Below are positions 28,939 to 36,377 of a stretch of 41,173 nt of DNA, piece after piece (positions within the stretch are counted from its first letter, which is position 1; each line of letters begins with the position of its first letter). Position numbers and translations under genes: made by a program. The notes below the pieces were generated by a model. The model was not told the DNA's origin. It worked only from the letters and a program-made list of their open reading frames with translations, and did no database searches. Source of the DNA: a virus; IMG/VR virus record IMGVR_UViG_3300029743_000012, positions 1 to 41,173 of that record; one strand, given 5' to 3'.

Positions 28939-29697
28939 ATGAAAGATTTAATAGGAAAGAAATTTGGTAGATTAATCATTTTAAATTGTTACATGAAAAA
29001 TTATAAAAGATATTGTTTATGCTTGTGTGATTGTGGCAATAAAAAAGAGATAAGAGCCGACCATATAAGAAATGGACGAACAAAAAGCTGCGGTTGTCTT
29101 TCAAAGGAGCTATTAAAAAAGAGGCAAACAACACACGGAGAAAGCAAAACAAGACTTTATAGGATATGGGATGGCATGAAAAAAAGGTGTAGACCTAACT
29201 CTAAAAATAAATATTATTATGAAAAAGGCATAAAGGTATGTGAAGATTGGAAAGATTTTAATAACTTTAAAGAATGGGCTGAAAATAACGGATATAAAGA
29301 AAATTTAACTATCGATAGAATTGATTGTAATGACGATTATTGTCCTGAAAATTGCAGGTGGGCAACATATAAACAACAAGCGAGGAATACATCTTTTAAT
29401 AGAATGGTAGAATTTGATGGAAAAAGCAAGTGTGCCTCCGAAGTAGCTGAAATTTTAAATATAAAACAATCAACTTTTTTAGGAAGATTAAATAAAAATA
29501 AAGAATATTTGTTTTACAAATACAATAAAAGTAAAAAATATATAGCCTATCATGGTGAAGTTTTATCCATAAGTGAATGGGTTAGAAAGTTAGGCATAAA
29601 TAATTCTTCTTTTTATTATCATATCAGGAGGGGGAAAAGTGCGGAGGATACTATCAATCATTTTATGCTTAAGCTCATGCGCGCCGGCCGGCTATAG
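28939..29697 (+). CDS. HNH-type homing endonuclease-like protein with Cys-cluster and AP2-like regions. An AT-rich insertion.
   Basis: N-terminal GRLIIL...CLCLCDCGN...SCGC, then YRIWDGMKKRC...GIKVCEDW...IDRID...CPENCRWAT. GC content is far lower than the flanking sequence. Confidence 0.55.
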   Translation: MKDLIGKKFGRLIILNCYMKNYKRYCLCLCDCGNKKEIRADHIRNGRTKSCGCLSKELLKKRQTTHGESKTRLYRIWDGMKKRCRPNSKNKYYYEKGIKVCEDWKDFNNFKEWAENNGYKENLTIDRIDCNDDYCPENCRWATYKQQARNTSFNRMVEFDGKSKCASEVAEILNIKQSTFLGRLNKNKEYLFYKYNKSKKYIAYHGEVLSISEWVRKLGINNSSFYYHIRRGKSAEDTINHFMLKLMRAGRL

Positions 29698-29845
29698 TCC
29701 GGGTTGTCCGGTTTATCCGGCAGCCGGCGAAAAAGTGGCCGTGGAGCTGGAAAAAGCCAACTATTCGGAATTTCCGAACACTTGGGAATGGATCGGGCGG
29801 ATCGACAAATTGCGGCAGGAGTTGGAGGTGTGCAATATGCCTTAG
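29639..29845 (+). CDS. o-spanin (Rz1-like) outer-membrane lipoprotein candidate
   Basis: MRRILSIILCLSSC gives a good lipobox (L-S-S-C). The mature part is Pro-rich (PAGYSPGCPVYPAAG). GC-rich, like the phage backbone. Confidence 0.5.
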   Translation: MRRILSIILCLSSCAPAGYSPGCPVYPAAGEKVAVELEKANYSEFPNTWEWIGRIDKLRQELEVCNMP

Positions 29846-29903
29846 ACAAAAGGATTGAAATAGACTCGTGTCTGTTCTTGTCTTGTCTTATTTTATCCAA
29901 CAT

Positions 29904-30170
29904 TTAATCTTCTGCCACATCAAACAACTCCTTTTGAATACTCCAACCTCCGCTTTTGTTGCTATTTTCTTCAAACCTTTTCCGGTAATTCTTGGCAATA
30001 TAATCAATTATTTCCTTGTCTGTCCATTCAGGGAAACAATCTTTTTTTGAACGATTAAATAACCATTGAACGATATTGCTAACGGTTCCATAGCCACCGC
30101 ACAAGCCTTGTCTGATGTTGTTTGTGTAGCTCTCGCCGACACAGATATAAGTCTCTGCAATTTCTCCCAT
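29904..30170 (-). CDS. Hypothetical protein
   Basis: 88-aa ORF, the last gene of the leftward block. Confidence 0.4.
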   Translation of the reverse strand: MGEIAETYICVGESYTNNIRQGLCGGYGTVSNIVQWLFNRSKKDCFPEWTDKEIIDYIAKNYRKRFEENSNKSGGWSIQKELFDVAED

Positions 30171-30175
30171 TTTAT

Positions 30176-30421
30176 TTATCCCCTTATCTTTTTAAGTGCG
30201 TCTTCGGCTAAGGTTACTATTGCTTTCAACCTCATACTGTCTGGCGTATCAACGTTAATTCCCTTTAATTTTCCAAAAGTAGCGGTTGTTTTAATTGTTT
30301 CCAATTTTTCCTTGGCAATCTCAAGCTTTTTCTCTAGCTCAATCTCGCGGGCAGTCTTGTAGCCGGCTTTGCCGCAATCTATGTTGGTAAGCCCGCAGGT
30401 CGGGCAGGTAAAGTTACTCAT
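30176..30421 (-). CDS. Small CxxC...C zinc-ribbon protein. Paralog of 33458..33679.
   Basis: MSNFTCPTCGLTNIDCGKAGYKTAREIELEKKL. About 80% nucleotide identity with the paralog over ~110 bp. Confidence 0.5.
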   Translation of the reverse strand: MSNFTCPTCGLTNIDCGKAGYKTAREIELEKKLEIAKEKLETIKTTATFGKLKGINVDTPDSMRLKAIVTLAEDALKKIRG

Positions 30422-31100
30422 CGCTATCCCCTTTAAAAAAGTTCTTAAAGTCTGTTGCGCCGAATTGCCCCTCGGTCAGCTCTATGATTTCTGCGATTGT
30501 GTAACGCGGCTTTAATTCTCTTAATCCGCCGACAAAGTGTTTCGTTCCAGCCTCACAAGCACCGGTAATTGCCCGATACATTTTGATTGCCTCTTCTTTC
30601 GTAACCACAGAATCAAGACTTAAATCTTCATATTGTGAAGTGTCGCGGTCGCTGATTTTATACATCAAATCTGCACGCGCCTCTTTTATTGTGTCGCCGT
30701 GCGCATAGTTCACGCCGTCAGTTACGACGTATTTTGTTGCAAGTCCGATTTTTACCTTGTAGGCATTCTTGAGTTTGCGCAATACTTCACAAAATATACC
30801 GTCAAAAATACAGTAACGCCCGTTTTGCCAACTTAATTTTGCCTGCACCGACAACTTGAACTCAACCATATTTTGCGGGTTTTTAACCTTTTCCCTTTCT
30901 TTACTCGTAATCCCCGTGTTGCTTAGGTAAAGCGAACCGCCGACGGTCAGGTTATCCGGCAGGCTCGCTATCGTTGGCGATTTCATTAAGCCGAATTTGC
31001 CGTTTTTGACATACTTGTTAAGCGTCCGCAAATCTCCCGGCCGAGATTTAAGCCCCAGCAGCGGCTTGATTTCTTCTGCCGTATAAAAGCCGTCAATCAT
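30414..31100 (-). CDS. Hypothetical protein (228 aa)
   Basis: ORF in operon context. Confidence 0.45.
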   Translation of the reverse strand: MIDGFYTAEEIKPLLGLKSRPGDLRTLNKYVKNGKFGLMKSPTIASLPDNLTVGGSLYLSNTGITSKEREKVKNPQNMVEFKLSVQAKLSWQNGRYCIFDGIFCEVLRKLKNAYKVKIGLATKYVVTDGVNYAHGDTIKEARADLMYKISDRDTSQYEDLSLDSVVTKEEAIKMYRAITGACEAGTKHFVGGLRELKPRYTIAEIIELTEGQFGATDFKNFFKGDSDE

Positions 31101-31305
31101 AGCTTTCTCCCCTCAAGTCGAATTTATCCCCGATTTTGCGCAGGGCTTCCGCCAGATGGCAGGCAAGCCCGACAATGAACTCCGCGGATTTGTCTTTCAA
31201 AAGCTCTTCCTGCTCGTCGCGGGTGAGGTCAGAGAAGCACAGGTCTTCGTATTTCTCCCCGCGTCTGATACGGAAATAACAGCCGTCAAGATTTCTGTTT
31301 ACCAT
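31093..31305 (-). CDS. Hypothetical protein (70 aa)
   Basis: ORF in operon context. Confidence 0.4.
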   Translation of the reverse strand: MVNRNLDGCYFRIRRGEKYEDLCFSDLTRDEQEELLKDKSAEFIVGLACHLAEALRKIGDKFDLRGESYD

Positions 31306-31313
31306 GGTTCACC

Positions 31314-31430
31314 TCATAAGATTATAGATGGACGACTGAAACTTCTGGAGATTCTAACTCCACCCAATCTTGCATTTGCAAAATCTGAAAATAAAACTAA
31401 AGCTAAAACGACAAAAAATATTTTTTTCAT
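31314..31430 (-). CDS. Tiny secreted pre-peptide (38 aa). Signal peptide MKKIFFVVLALVLFSDFANA plus an 18-aa C-terminal peptide RLGGVRISRSFSRPSIIL.
   Basis: AAGGAG RBS 8 nt upstream of the ATG. Canonical n-h-c signal peptide with an A-N-A cleavage site. Not in the ORF track because it is shorter than 60 aa. Confidence 0.35.
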   Translation of the reverse strand: MKKIFFVVLALVLFSDFANARLGGVRISRSFSRPSIIL

Positions 31431-31432
31431 GA

Positions 31433-31819
31433 TTATTTCTCCTTATCCTCGTAAAAAGTGACTTCATCTTTGCGGACGGGGCGGCAGTTTTTCATTGAAA
31501 CCAGATTAAAACCTATTAACCCACAAAATTTTTTATCAAGCAATTGTTGCAAATACCCAATATATGTACATTTATCATCATCCCAAAACCAGCAAAGGCA
31601 TTTGTTCTTAATGATGTAGTCCCAGTCAGGCTCGGGCTCTTTATAAAATTCCCAACCGTCATACGAAAGAGCTTTAACAGAAAAACTATACATAGCTTGA
31701 TTGTTCTGGTCGTAAATACGTCCATCCTTATAATAAGAATAATCTCTTTTATCCCAGCTTTTCTTTCTAATCTTGGCCCCTTTTCTGAACTCGGGCAGCA
31801 GTTCTTCTAAATATGCCAT
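31433..31819 (-). CDS. DUF2829-like (Tad2-like N-terminal motif) protein. Paralog 1.
   Basis: N-terminus MAYLEELLPEFRKGAKIRKKSW matches the DUF2829 pattern (M.F.EAL.ALK.GKKVRRKGW). Tentative. Confidence 0.4.
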   Translation of the reverse strand: MAYLEELLPEFRKGAKIRKKSWDKRDYSYYKDGRIYDQNNQAMYSFSVKALSYDGWEFYKEPEPDWDYIIKNKCLCWFWDDDKCTYIGYLQQLLDKKFCGLIGFNLVSMKNCRPVRKDEVTFYEDKEK

Positions 31820-32031
31820 TAATAATCTCCTCCTTCTGCAAACACACCGTCTAAAACGGCAACGATATTTTCATTTGAAAAATGATAAGCGTCTTCTTTT
31901 CTATGAATATTAACGTTCCCACCACAAAAGGGGACAAACCCCATGTCGTTGATATCTTTAATAGCTTTTTCGAGACGGCGAAGAGCATTTCTAAATTCTT
32001 TAGTGTTATATTGATCTTTGTACACATACAT
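31819..32031 (-). CDS. Hypothetical protein (70 aa)
   Basis: ATG at 32031 overlaps the upstream stop (TAATG). The listed longer ORF uses TTG at 32064. Confidence 0.4.
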   Translation of the reverse strand: MYVYKDQYNTKEFRNALRRLEKAIKDINDMGFVPFCGGNVNIHRKEDAYHFSNENIVAVLDGVFAEGGDY

Positions 32032-32456
32032 TAATCCTGCTCCTCCTCTTTTACTTTTCGCCAAAACAGTGCTTCCTGTTCAGTTCCTGAACAATCCCCG
32101 CTTTCGTTCAACGTCCATAAATCCCACTCTTCAAACTCGCTGATTGTGGTTGAATTGTAAAACCTATTTTGTAGACTATCGGAAAATTTTCTGGCTTTCA
32201 TCAAATCGTTATATTGTTCGTGAGATAACAGCCGTTGTTCTCCGTCGTCGGTTTCGACAATAACGCCGTTTCTTTTGTCAGTTTTCCAAAATCCAACAAG
32301 ACGGAAATGGGGAGACAATTCTTTTGCTATAGCGACGCAGACTTTTTGCGGTACCCCCCACATCTGTGCTTCCTCTTCTGTCGGATAGACAATGAAAGCG
32401 TTTCGGTTGAACAAAAATATGGGGGAAACAACGTAACCAGTGATTATGTTTGTCAT
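32031..32456 (-). CDS. Hypothetical protein (141 aa)
   Basis: ORF. Confidence 0.4.
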   Translation of the reverse strand: MTNIITGYVVSPIFLFNRNAFIVYPTEEEAQMWGVPQKVCVAIAKELSPHFRLVGFWKTDKRNGVIVETDDGEQRLLSHEQYNDLMKARKFSDSLQNRFYNSTTISEFEEWDLWTLNESGDCSGTEQEALFWRKVKEEEQD

Positions 32457-32489
32457 CTTTCTTATCCTTCCAAAATTTTAATTTCCTCA

Positions 32490-32681
32490 TCAGAGAGCGG
32501 GCGGTATGTCGCAAGCATTTCTCACGCAATCATAGCCGACATACATGCCGCACAAACAAAATGCCCCCATCACAAAGCATATCGGCATTAAGAATCTTGC
32601 AGTAGGATCATACAAGAAAGCTTTTTTATCCCACGAGCCTTCCTTCCAGTCTGCTGTCAGTTCTTCGGGGGTTTTTGTCAT
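32490..32681 (-). CDS. Small membrane protein
   Basis: C-terminal TM segment (FLMPICFVMGAFCLCGMYVGY). Confidence 0.35.
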   Translation of the reverse strand: MTKTPEELTADWKEGSWDKKAFLYDPTARFLMPICFVMGAFCLCGMYVGYDCVRNACDIPPAL

Positions 32682-32881
32682 TTGTTTGCTCCGATCGCTT
32701 TAATTATCTGCTCCATTAGTCTTTTTTGGAGGTCTGTTTTAATGAAAGTTTTTCGGCTGCAACATCCACATTGATAAGAAAATTCGTCTTCATTTAATAA
32801 AAAGCTTCCATTTTCAGTATCGTAAACATAATAACAACCAAACTTTTGCCAACCGTATTCTTCTGCTAGTTTATCCATCAT
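32678..32881 (-). CDS. Hypothetical Cys-containing small protein
   Basis: 67 aa with a CGCC motif. ATGA coupling to the downstream gene. Confidence 0.4.
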   Translation of the reverse strand: MMDKLAEEYGWQKFGCYYVYDTENGSFLLNEDEFSYQCGCCSRKTFIKTDLQKRLMEQIIKAIGANK

Positions 32882-33057
32882 CGTTACCTTTCAAAAAAGT
32901 TGCCCGGGATTTCCCAGAACTCCTTACTCAAGCTCCGCCTTATTCGGCATATTCAGGCGGAATCCCGCGGGGCGCCAATGCCGCAATCCGGGTTAATTCC
33001 AGTTTATCCCCCGGCGCGTCCTGCCTTATTGAGTATTCGGCAGCACCCCGAATTGTC

Positions 33058-33453
33058 TTAATCCTCGTCTTGTTCCTCGCCAATATATACAACTTCAATA
33101 AAACTGGTGGCAACATCGTCAACGTCCCAATCACAAGTTGAAACCTTATCTATTGCCAACTTTTTCGCCTCTTCTTTGTTGTCTGTATTAACGGTAATAG
33201 TTGCACTAACATCCGCCGTTGCGTTTAGGTAAACCGAGAATCTCCGCTTTTTCGTTATTTCGCGCCCCATAGGCTCTTCGTAGAGTTCCCAATCATCCGC
33301 TGTTATTTCGTTAGGCTTAATAAAATAAACATCGCCATATTCATCTTTTGCGTAAACTCCAGATAGTTTAATATACTTTCCGTCTCTCCAATCCTTTCTT
33401 CTAATCTTAGCCCCTTTTTTGAACTCGGGCAGAAGTTCTTCTAAATACGACAT
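33058..33453 (-). CDS. DUF2829-like (Tad2-like N-terminal motif) protein with an extra C-terminal domain. Paralog 2.
   Basis: MSYLEELLPEFKKGAKIRRKDW at the N-terminus. Start taken at the internal ATG, 5 nt after the upstream gene's stop. Confidence 0.4.
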   Translation of the reverse strand: MSYLEELLPEFKKGAKIRRKDWRDGKYIKLSGVYAKDEYGDVYFIKPNEITADDWELYEEPMGREITKKRRFSVYLNATADVSATITVNTDNKEEAKKLAIDKVSTCDWDVDDVATSFIEVVYIGEEQDED

Positions 33454-33457
33454 TGTT

Positions 33458-33679
33458 CTAAATCCTTTCCATGTCATAAAAAGCACCGGTTACTGTACCG
33501 ATTAACCACAGAGCGTTAACGTTCCATGTCGCGGTTTCTGCTTCGTTTCGAATCTCATTTAAAGCCTTAAGAGCAATCTTCAGCTTTTTCTCAAGCTCAA
33601 TTTCTTGCTTGGTCTTAAAGCCTGCTTTGCCGCAGTCTATATTCGTAAGCCCGCAGGTCGGGCAAATAAAATTACTCAT
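33458..33679 (-). CDS. Small CxxC...C zinc-ribbon protein. Paralog of 30176..30421.
   Basis: MSNFICPTCGLTNIDCGKAGFKTKQEIELEKKL. Confidence 0.5.
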   Translation of the reverse strand: MSNFICPTCGLTNIDCGKAGFKTKQEIELEKKLKIALKALNEIRNEAETATWNVNALWLIGTVTGAFYDMERI

Positions 33680-33681
33680 CT

Positions 33682-34293
33682 TTATTTTTCTCCTGTAATT
33701 TGTTGAAAAACATATAATCCCAACTCAGGCTTAACGCAGTTTCTAAGCACTTGTCGCTTTTCAATTCCTTGAAAAGTATATTTTTTTAGGTTTATTCCAT
33801 AGTTTTTTTCTTTAAAAGTGTTGCTTGATTGGATTCTATCACATTCAAAATAGTTCCCTAAAATAAATTTATTACTCCAGAAATGATGTCGCTGAATTGT
33901 GAATTTAGGTTGAATTAATGGCTTATAAAATGGGATAACATTTTCAACCACCCAGTCACATTTTGCATAACTACTTAAAAAGATAATCTCCTGCCAAAGC
34001 TTCATGTCCGGATATATGGGATGTACATTTTTTAATACATAATCACTTTGGGCAACACTATATCTTGCTCTGCTATGACTTTGACATGGTGGACTAGACC
34101 AAATAAAATCAAACTCATGGTAATGGTCTAATAGATATTGGTGTGCGTCGCCGACGACCACGTGGTCGTTTGGGAAAAAGTCCTGATAAATTGCAGCTAT
34201 CTCCAGACGCAGCTCTACGGCGGTTATTTCGTGATCATTTCCCCACAATTTGCGATTTCCACCTATACCGGCATAAAGATTAAGTATTTTCAT
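33682..34293 (-). CDS. DNA (cytosine-5)-methyltransferase, compact 203-aa form
   Basis: Motif I NLYAGIGG, motif IV SSPPCQSHS and motif VI VVENV are all present. Confidence 0.75.
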   Translation of the reverse strand: MKILNLYAGIGGNRKLWGNDHEITAVELRLEIAAIYQDFFPNDHVVVGDAHQYLLDHYHEFDFIWSSPPCQSHSRARYSVAQSDYVLKNVHPIYPDMKLWQEIIFLSSYAKCDWVVENVIPFYKPLIQPKFTIQRHHFWSNKFILGNYFECDRIQSSNTFKEKNYGINLKKYTFQGIEKRQVLRNCVKPELGLYVFQQITGEK

Positions 34294-34343
34294 TGTTTTC
34301 CTTTACTGTCGGGGCGGGGTGGCCGCCCCGGGGTGTATCAATG

Positions 34344-34575
34344 TTATTTGGCCATTTGGTTTGACAAATTATAAAGCGACTGCAAGCCGATTGCGTCAAA
34401 CGGGTTGGCGGAGTTTCCGTCAGAGCCGCCGGCAACAATCATGTTTGCCGGGAATTTGACAGAGGCGACAGCCTGAGCAATGCCGACCTTGGTTTTGTAT
34501 TCCGCATGAACCCCACAGGTTACAAGCAACGATAATGCCGATAATGACGACGATGGCGGCAATAATTTCCTTCAT
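34344..34575 (-). CDS. Putative lipoprotein gene with an apparent frameshift at a C4/G4 run (34511..34514)
   Basis: The ATG at 34575 has an AAAGGA RBS and encodes MKEIIAAIVVIIGIIVAC (lipobox IVAC) with backbone-like codon usage. The downstream good-codon-usage frame (…VHAEYKTKVGIAQAVAS…QMAK) is the -1 frame. The two join if one G is removed from the GGGG run. Confidence 0.35.
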
Positions 34576-34912
34576 TTTTTATCCTTTCATTTGATTTTTT
34601 TATAATCTCTGTATGCTTTTTTAACTGAGGCATACACACTCAGAAACGCGCTTTTGAAGAGCCAGCAAAAGCTGATTAAAAGCAAGAATATTATTAAATA
34701 TCTGAACCACATTGGTTATCCTTTCAAATTGGGCGGAGGGGTTGGGAATTACACCCAACACGAGCAAGAGTCCTATCGTAACTGTCCTATCTAAGCTCTT
34801 TTCCAGCAACACATGTTACGAATGTGTTTTAACTGCCAATGCGTCTTATTCCGCCACCCTCCATAATATCAGGCCTTTTAGCCGCATGCCCGGGCGGTTC
34901 TCGGGAGACCCC

Positions 34913-35287
34913 TCAAAAATCCATCGGTACGTCGTCAAAATATGCCGGCGGTTCCGGGGCGTCATAAGATTGCGACGGATAGTTTGCCGCCGGACGATCC
35001 CGTCTTTCTTCTCTTTCTTTTTGCAAGCCGGCGGTCAGTTCGTTATAAGTGCGAACGCAAAGTGCGGCCACTTTCAAAAGCTCGTCCGGGAAAAGGCTCA
35101 CGCTTTGCCGCTGCCAGTTGTCTGTCCCTTTGTCTTCCGGCTTTTGCCAGGAACGCTGGATATTAGCCGAATACGTGGTGTGCAACTGTCCGTCTTTAAT
35201 GTTAACTTCTTGCTTTTTGAAAATAGCTACCGACAAGCCCCGGTCGCGGTTGCTGATGAAAAGTTTGTTTTTATTTTCTTCGTTCAT
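34913..35287 (-). CDS. SSB-like protein candidate with an acidic C-terminal tail DDVPMDF
   Basis: The C-terminus resembles the SSB tail DDDIPF. Position in the recombination module. Tentative. Confidence 0.3.
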   Translation of the reverse strand: MNEENKNKLFISNRDRGLSVAIFKKQEVNIKDGQLHTTYSANIQRSWQKPEDKGTDNWQRQSVSLFPDELLKVAALCVRTYNELTAGLQKEREERRDRPAANYPSQSYDAPEPPAYFDDVPMDF

Positions 35288-35305
35288 TAGTGTTTTCTCC
35301 TTTAG

Positions 35306-35707
35306 TTAAAATTCCTGATAATTTCCATCCGGGTAGATCGGGTCATACTCGCCCTTGCTTTGCTCTACCATCAGGTTTTGAATGCCGTCGGTGTAATTCA
35401 TAAATTCTGCCGTCGTCATCTTGGTTGTGGTTCTGAGGTCAAAGCGGTTTTTGAAATACTCATGCAAAAAATCGGACGTAACAAACCGCAACGGCAAATT
35501 GTCAATGATGAAACCGGTTCTTTCCCAAAATTCAACAATGTGCTTGTAAATCGCCCACAAATATTTGTTTTGCTCAGTTGACCGGGTGCGGGAATGTTTT
35601 TTTATTTCGACGTCAATCCCGTATTTGCTCGAATTGAGAGTTACCTCTAATTTCGGTCGTATAAACTTAAGAATCCCGTCAATGTTTGCCGCTTTATGAA
35701 AAAACAT
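35306..35707 (-). CDS. NinB/Orf-like recombination mediator (tentative)
   Basis: RSTEQNKYLWAIYKHIV resembles the lambda NinB motif SLDQNRKLWACL. Confidence 0.35.
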   Translation of the reverse strand: MFFHKAANIDGILKFIRPKLEVTLNSSKYGIDVEIKKHSRTRSTEQNKYLWAIYKHIVEFWERTGFIIDNLPLRFVTSDFLHEYFKNRFDLRTTTKMTTAEFMNYTDGIQNLMVEQSKGEYDPIYPDGNYQEF

Positions 35708-35714
35708 ACCCACC

Positions 35715-36377
35715 TCAATATTTGCTATGCCAGTTCTTTTCAAAAGCGGCGTTAAATTCTTCGTTTCCGCGAATAAAGGAAACCATCTGTTCGGTGCGGG
35801 CAAGAAGATTTTGCCGGGTGTCTACATCACGGTGATAGTCTTCAGCGTAAACGTTTGATCCGTCGGAGATGACATATCTGAAATTGTCGATACCGCTGCA
35901 CTCCATGTAAAGAAGATGCTGAATTGATTTCAGATATTTTCCCGAGTCGTATTTGCTGACGCGTTTAATGTCGAAAATCGTGTTTCCTCGAATAATGTCG
36001 GCTTTACCGTAAAAAACATAGTTGCCGATTGTTGTGCAAACCGTTTCCTGCCACATGCCGCCTTTAACCATATCTGCAATGATGCGTGCGGTCTGTTGTT
36101 CTTTTTCATCAAGGGTCGGGAAAACAGGAGGAACAATGCTGTTTTTATCTCCGTTTTCCGTGCCTTGGGTCAACTCAAAAACAGCCGTTTCAAAGTTAAT
36201 GCCCCGCTGCAGAATTTCATTTGCCGGTTTTTTGACCTTATTCAGACAGTCCAGCCAGTCCTGCCGGGCTTTTTCTTCAATTTCTTCAGCCTTGTCGCCG
36301 TACTCTTCAAAATCGGTGTGCATATAATAAGAATACGCACCATACAAACTGGCAGTTATTAGATATTTTTTATTCAT
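35715..36377 (-). CDS. PD-(D/E)xK-family nuclease
   Basis: GKADIIRGNTIFDIKRV contains a D...(D/E)xK core. Coupled to the Sak4-like ATPase gene. Confidence 0.5.
   Translation of the reverse strand: MNKKYLITASLYGAYSYYMHTDFEEYGDKAEEIEEKARQDWLDCLNKVKKPANEILQRGINFETAVFELTQGTENGDKNSIVPPVFPTLDEKEQQTARIIADMVKGGMWQETVCTTIGNYVFYGKADIIRGNTIFDIKRVSKYDSGKYLKSIQHLLYMECSGIDNFRYVISDGSNVYAEDYHRDVDTRQNLLARTEQMVSFIRGNEEFNAAFEKNWHSKY

Noticed and set aside
32940-33134. 64-aa minus-strand ORF overlapping the GC-rich intergenic region
   Set aside because: It overlaps the 3' end of gene 33058..33453 in another frame and runs through the repeat-rich non-coding segment. No RBS is present.
34621-34812. 63-aa minus-strand ORF in the gap upstream of the lipoprotein gene
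   Set aside because: It has no RBS, poor codon usage and overlaps hairpin elements. It is probably non-coding.
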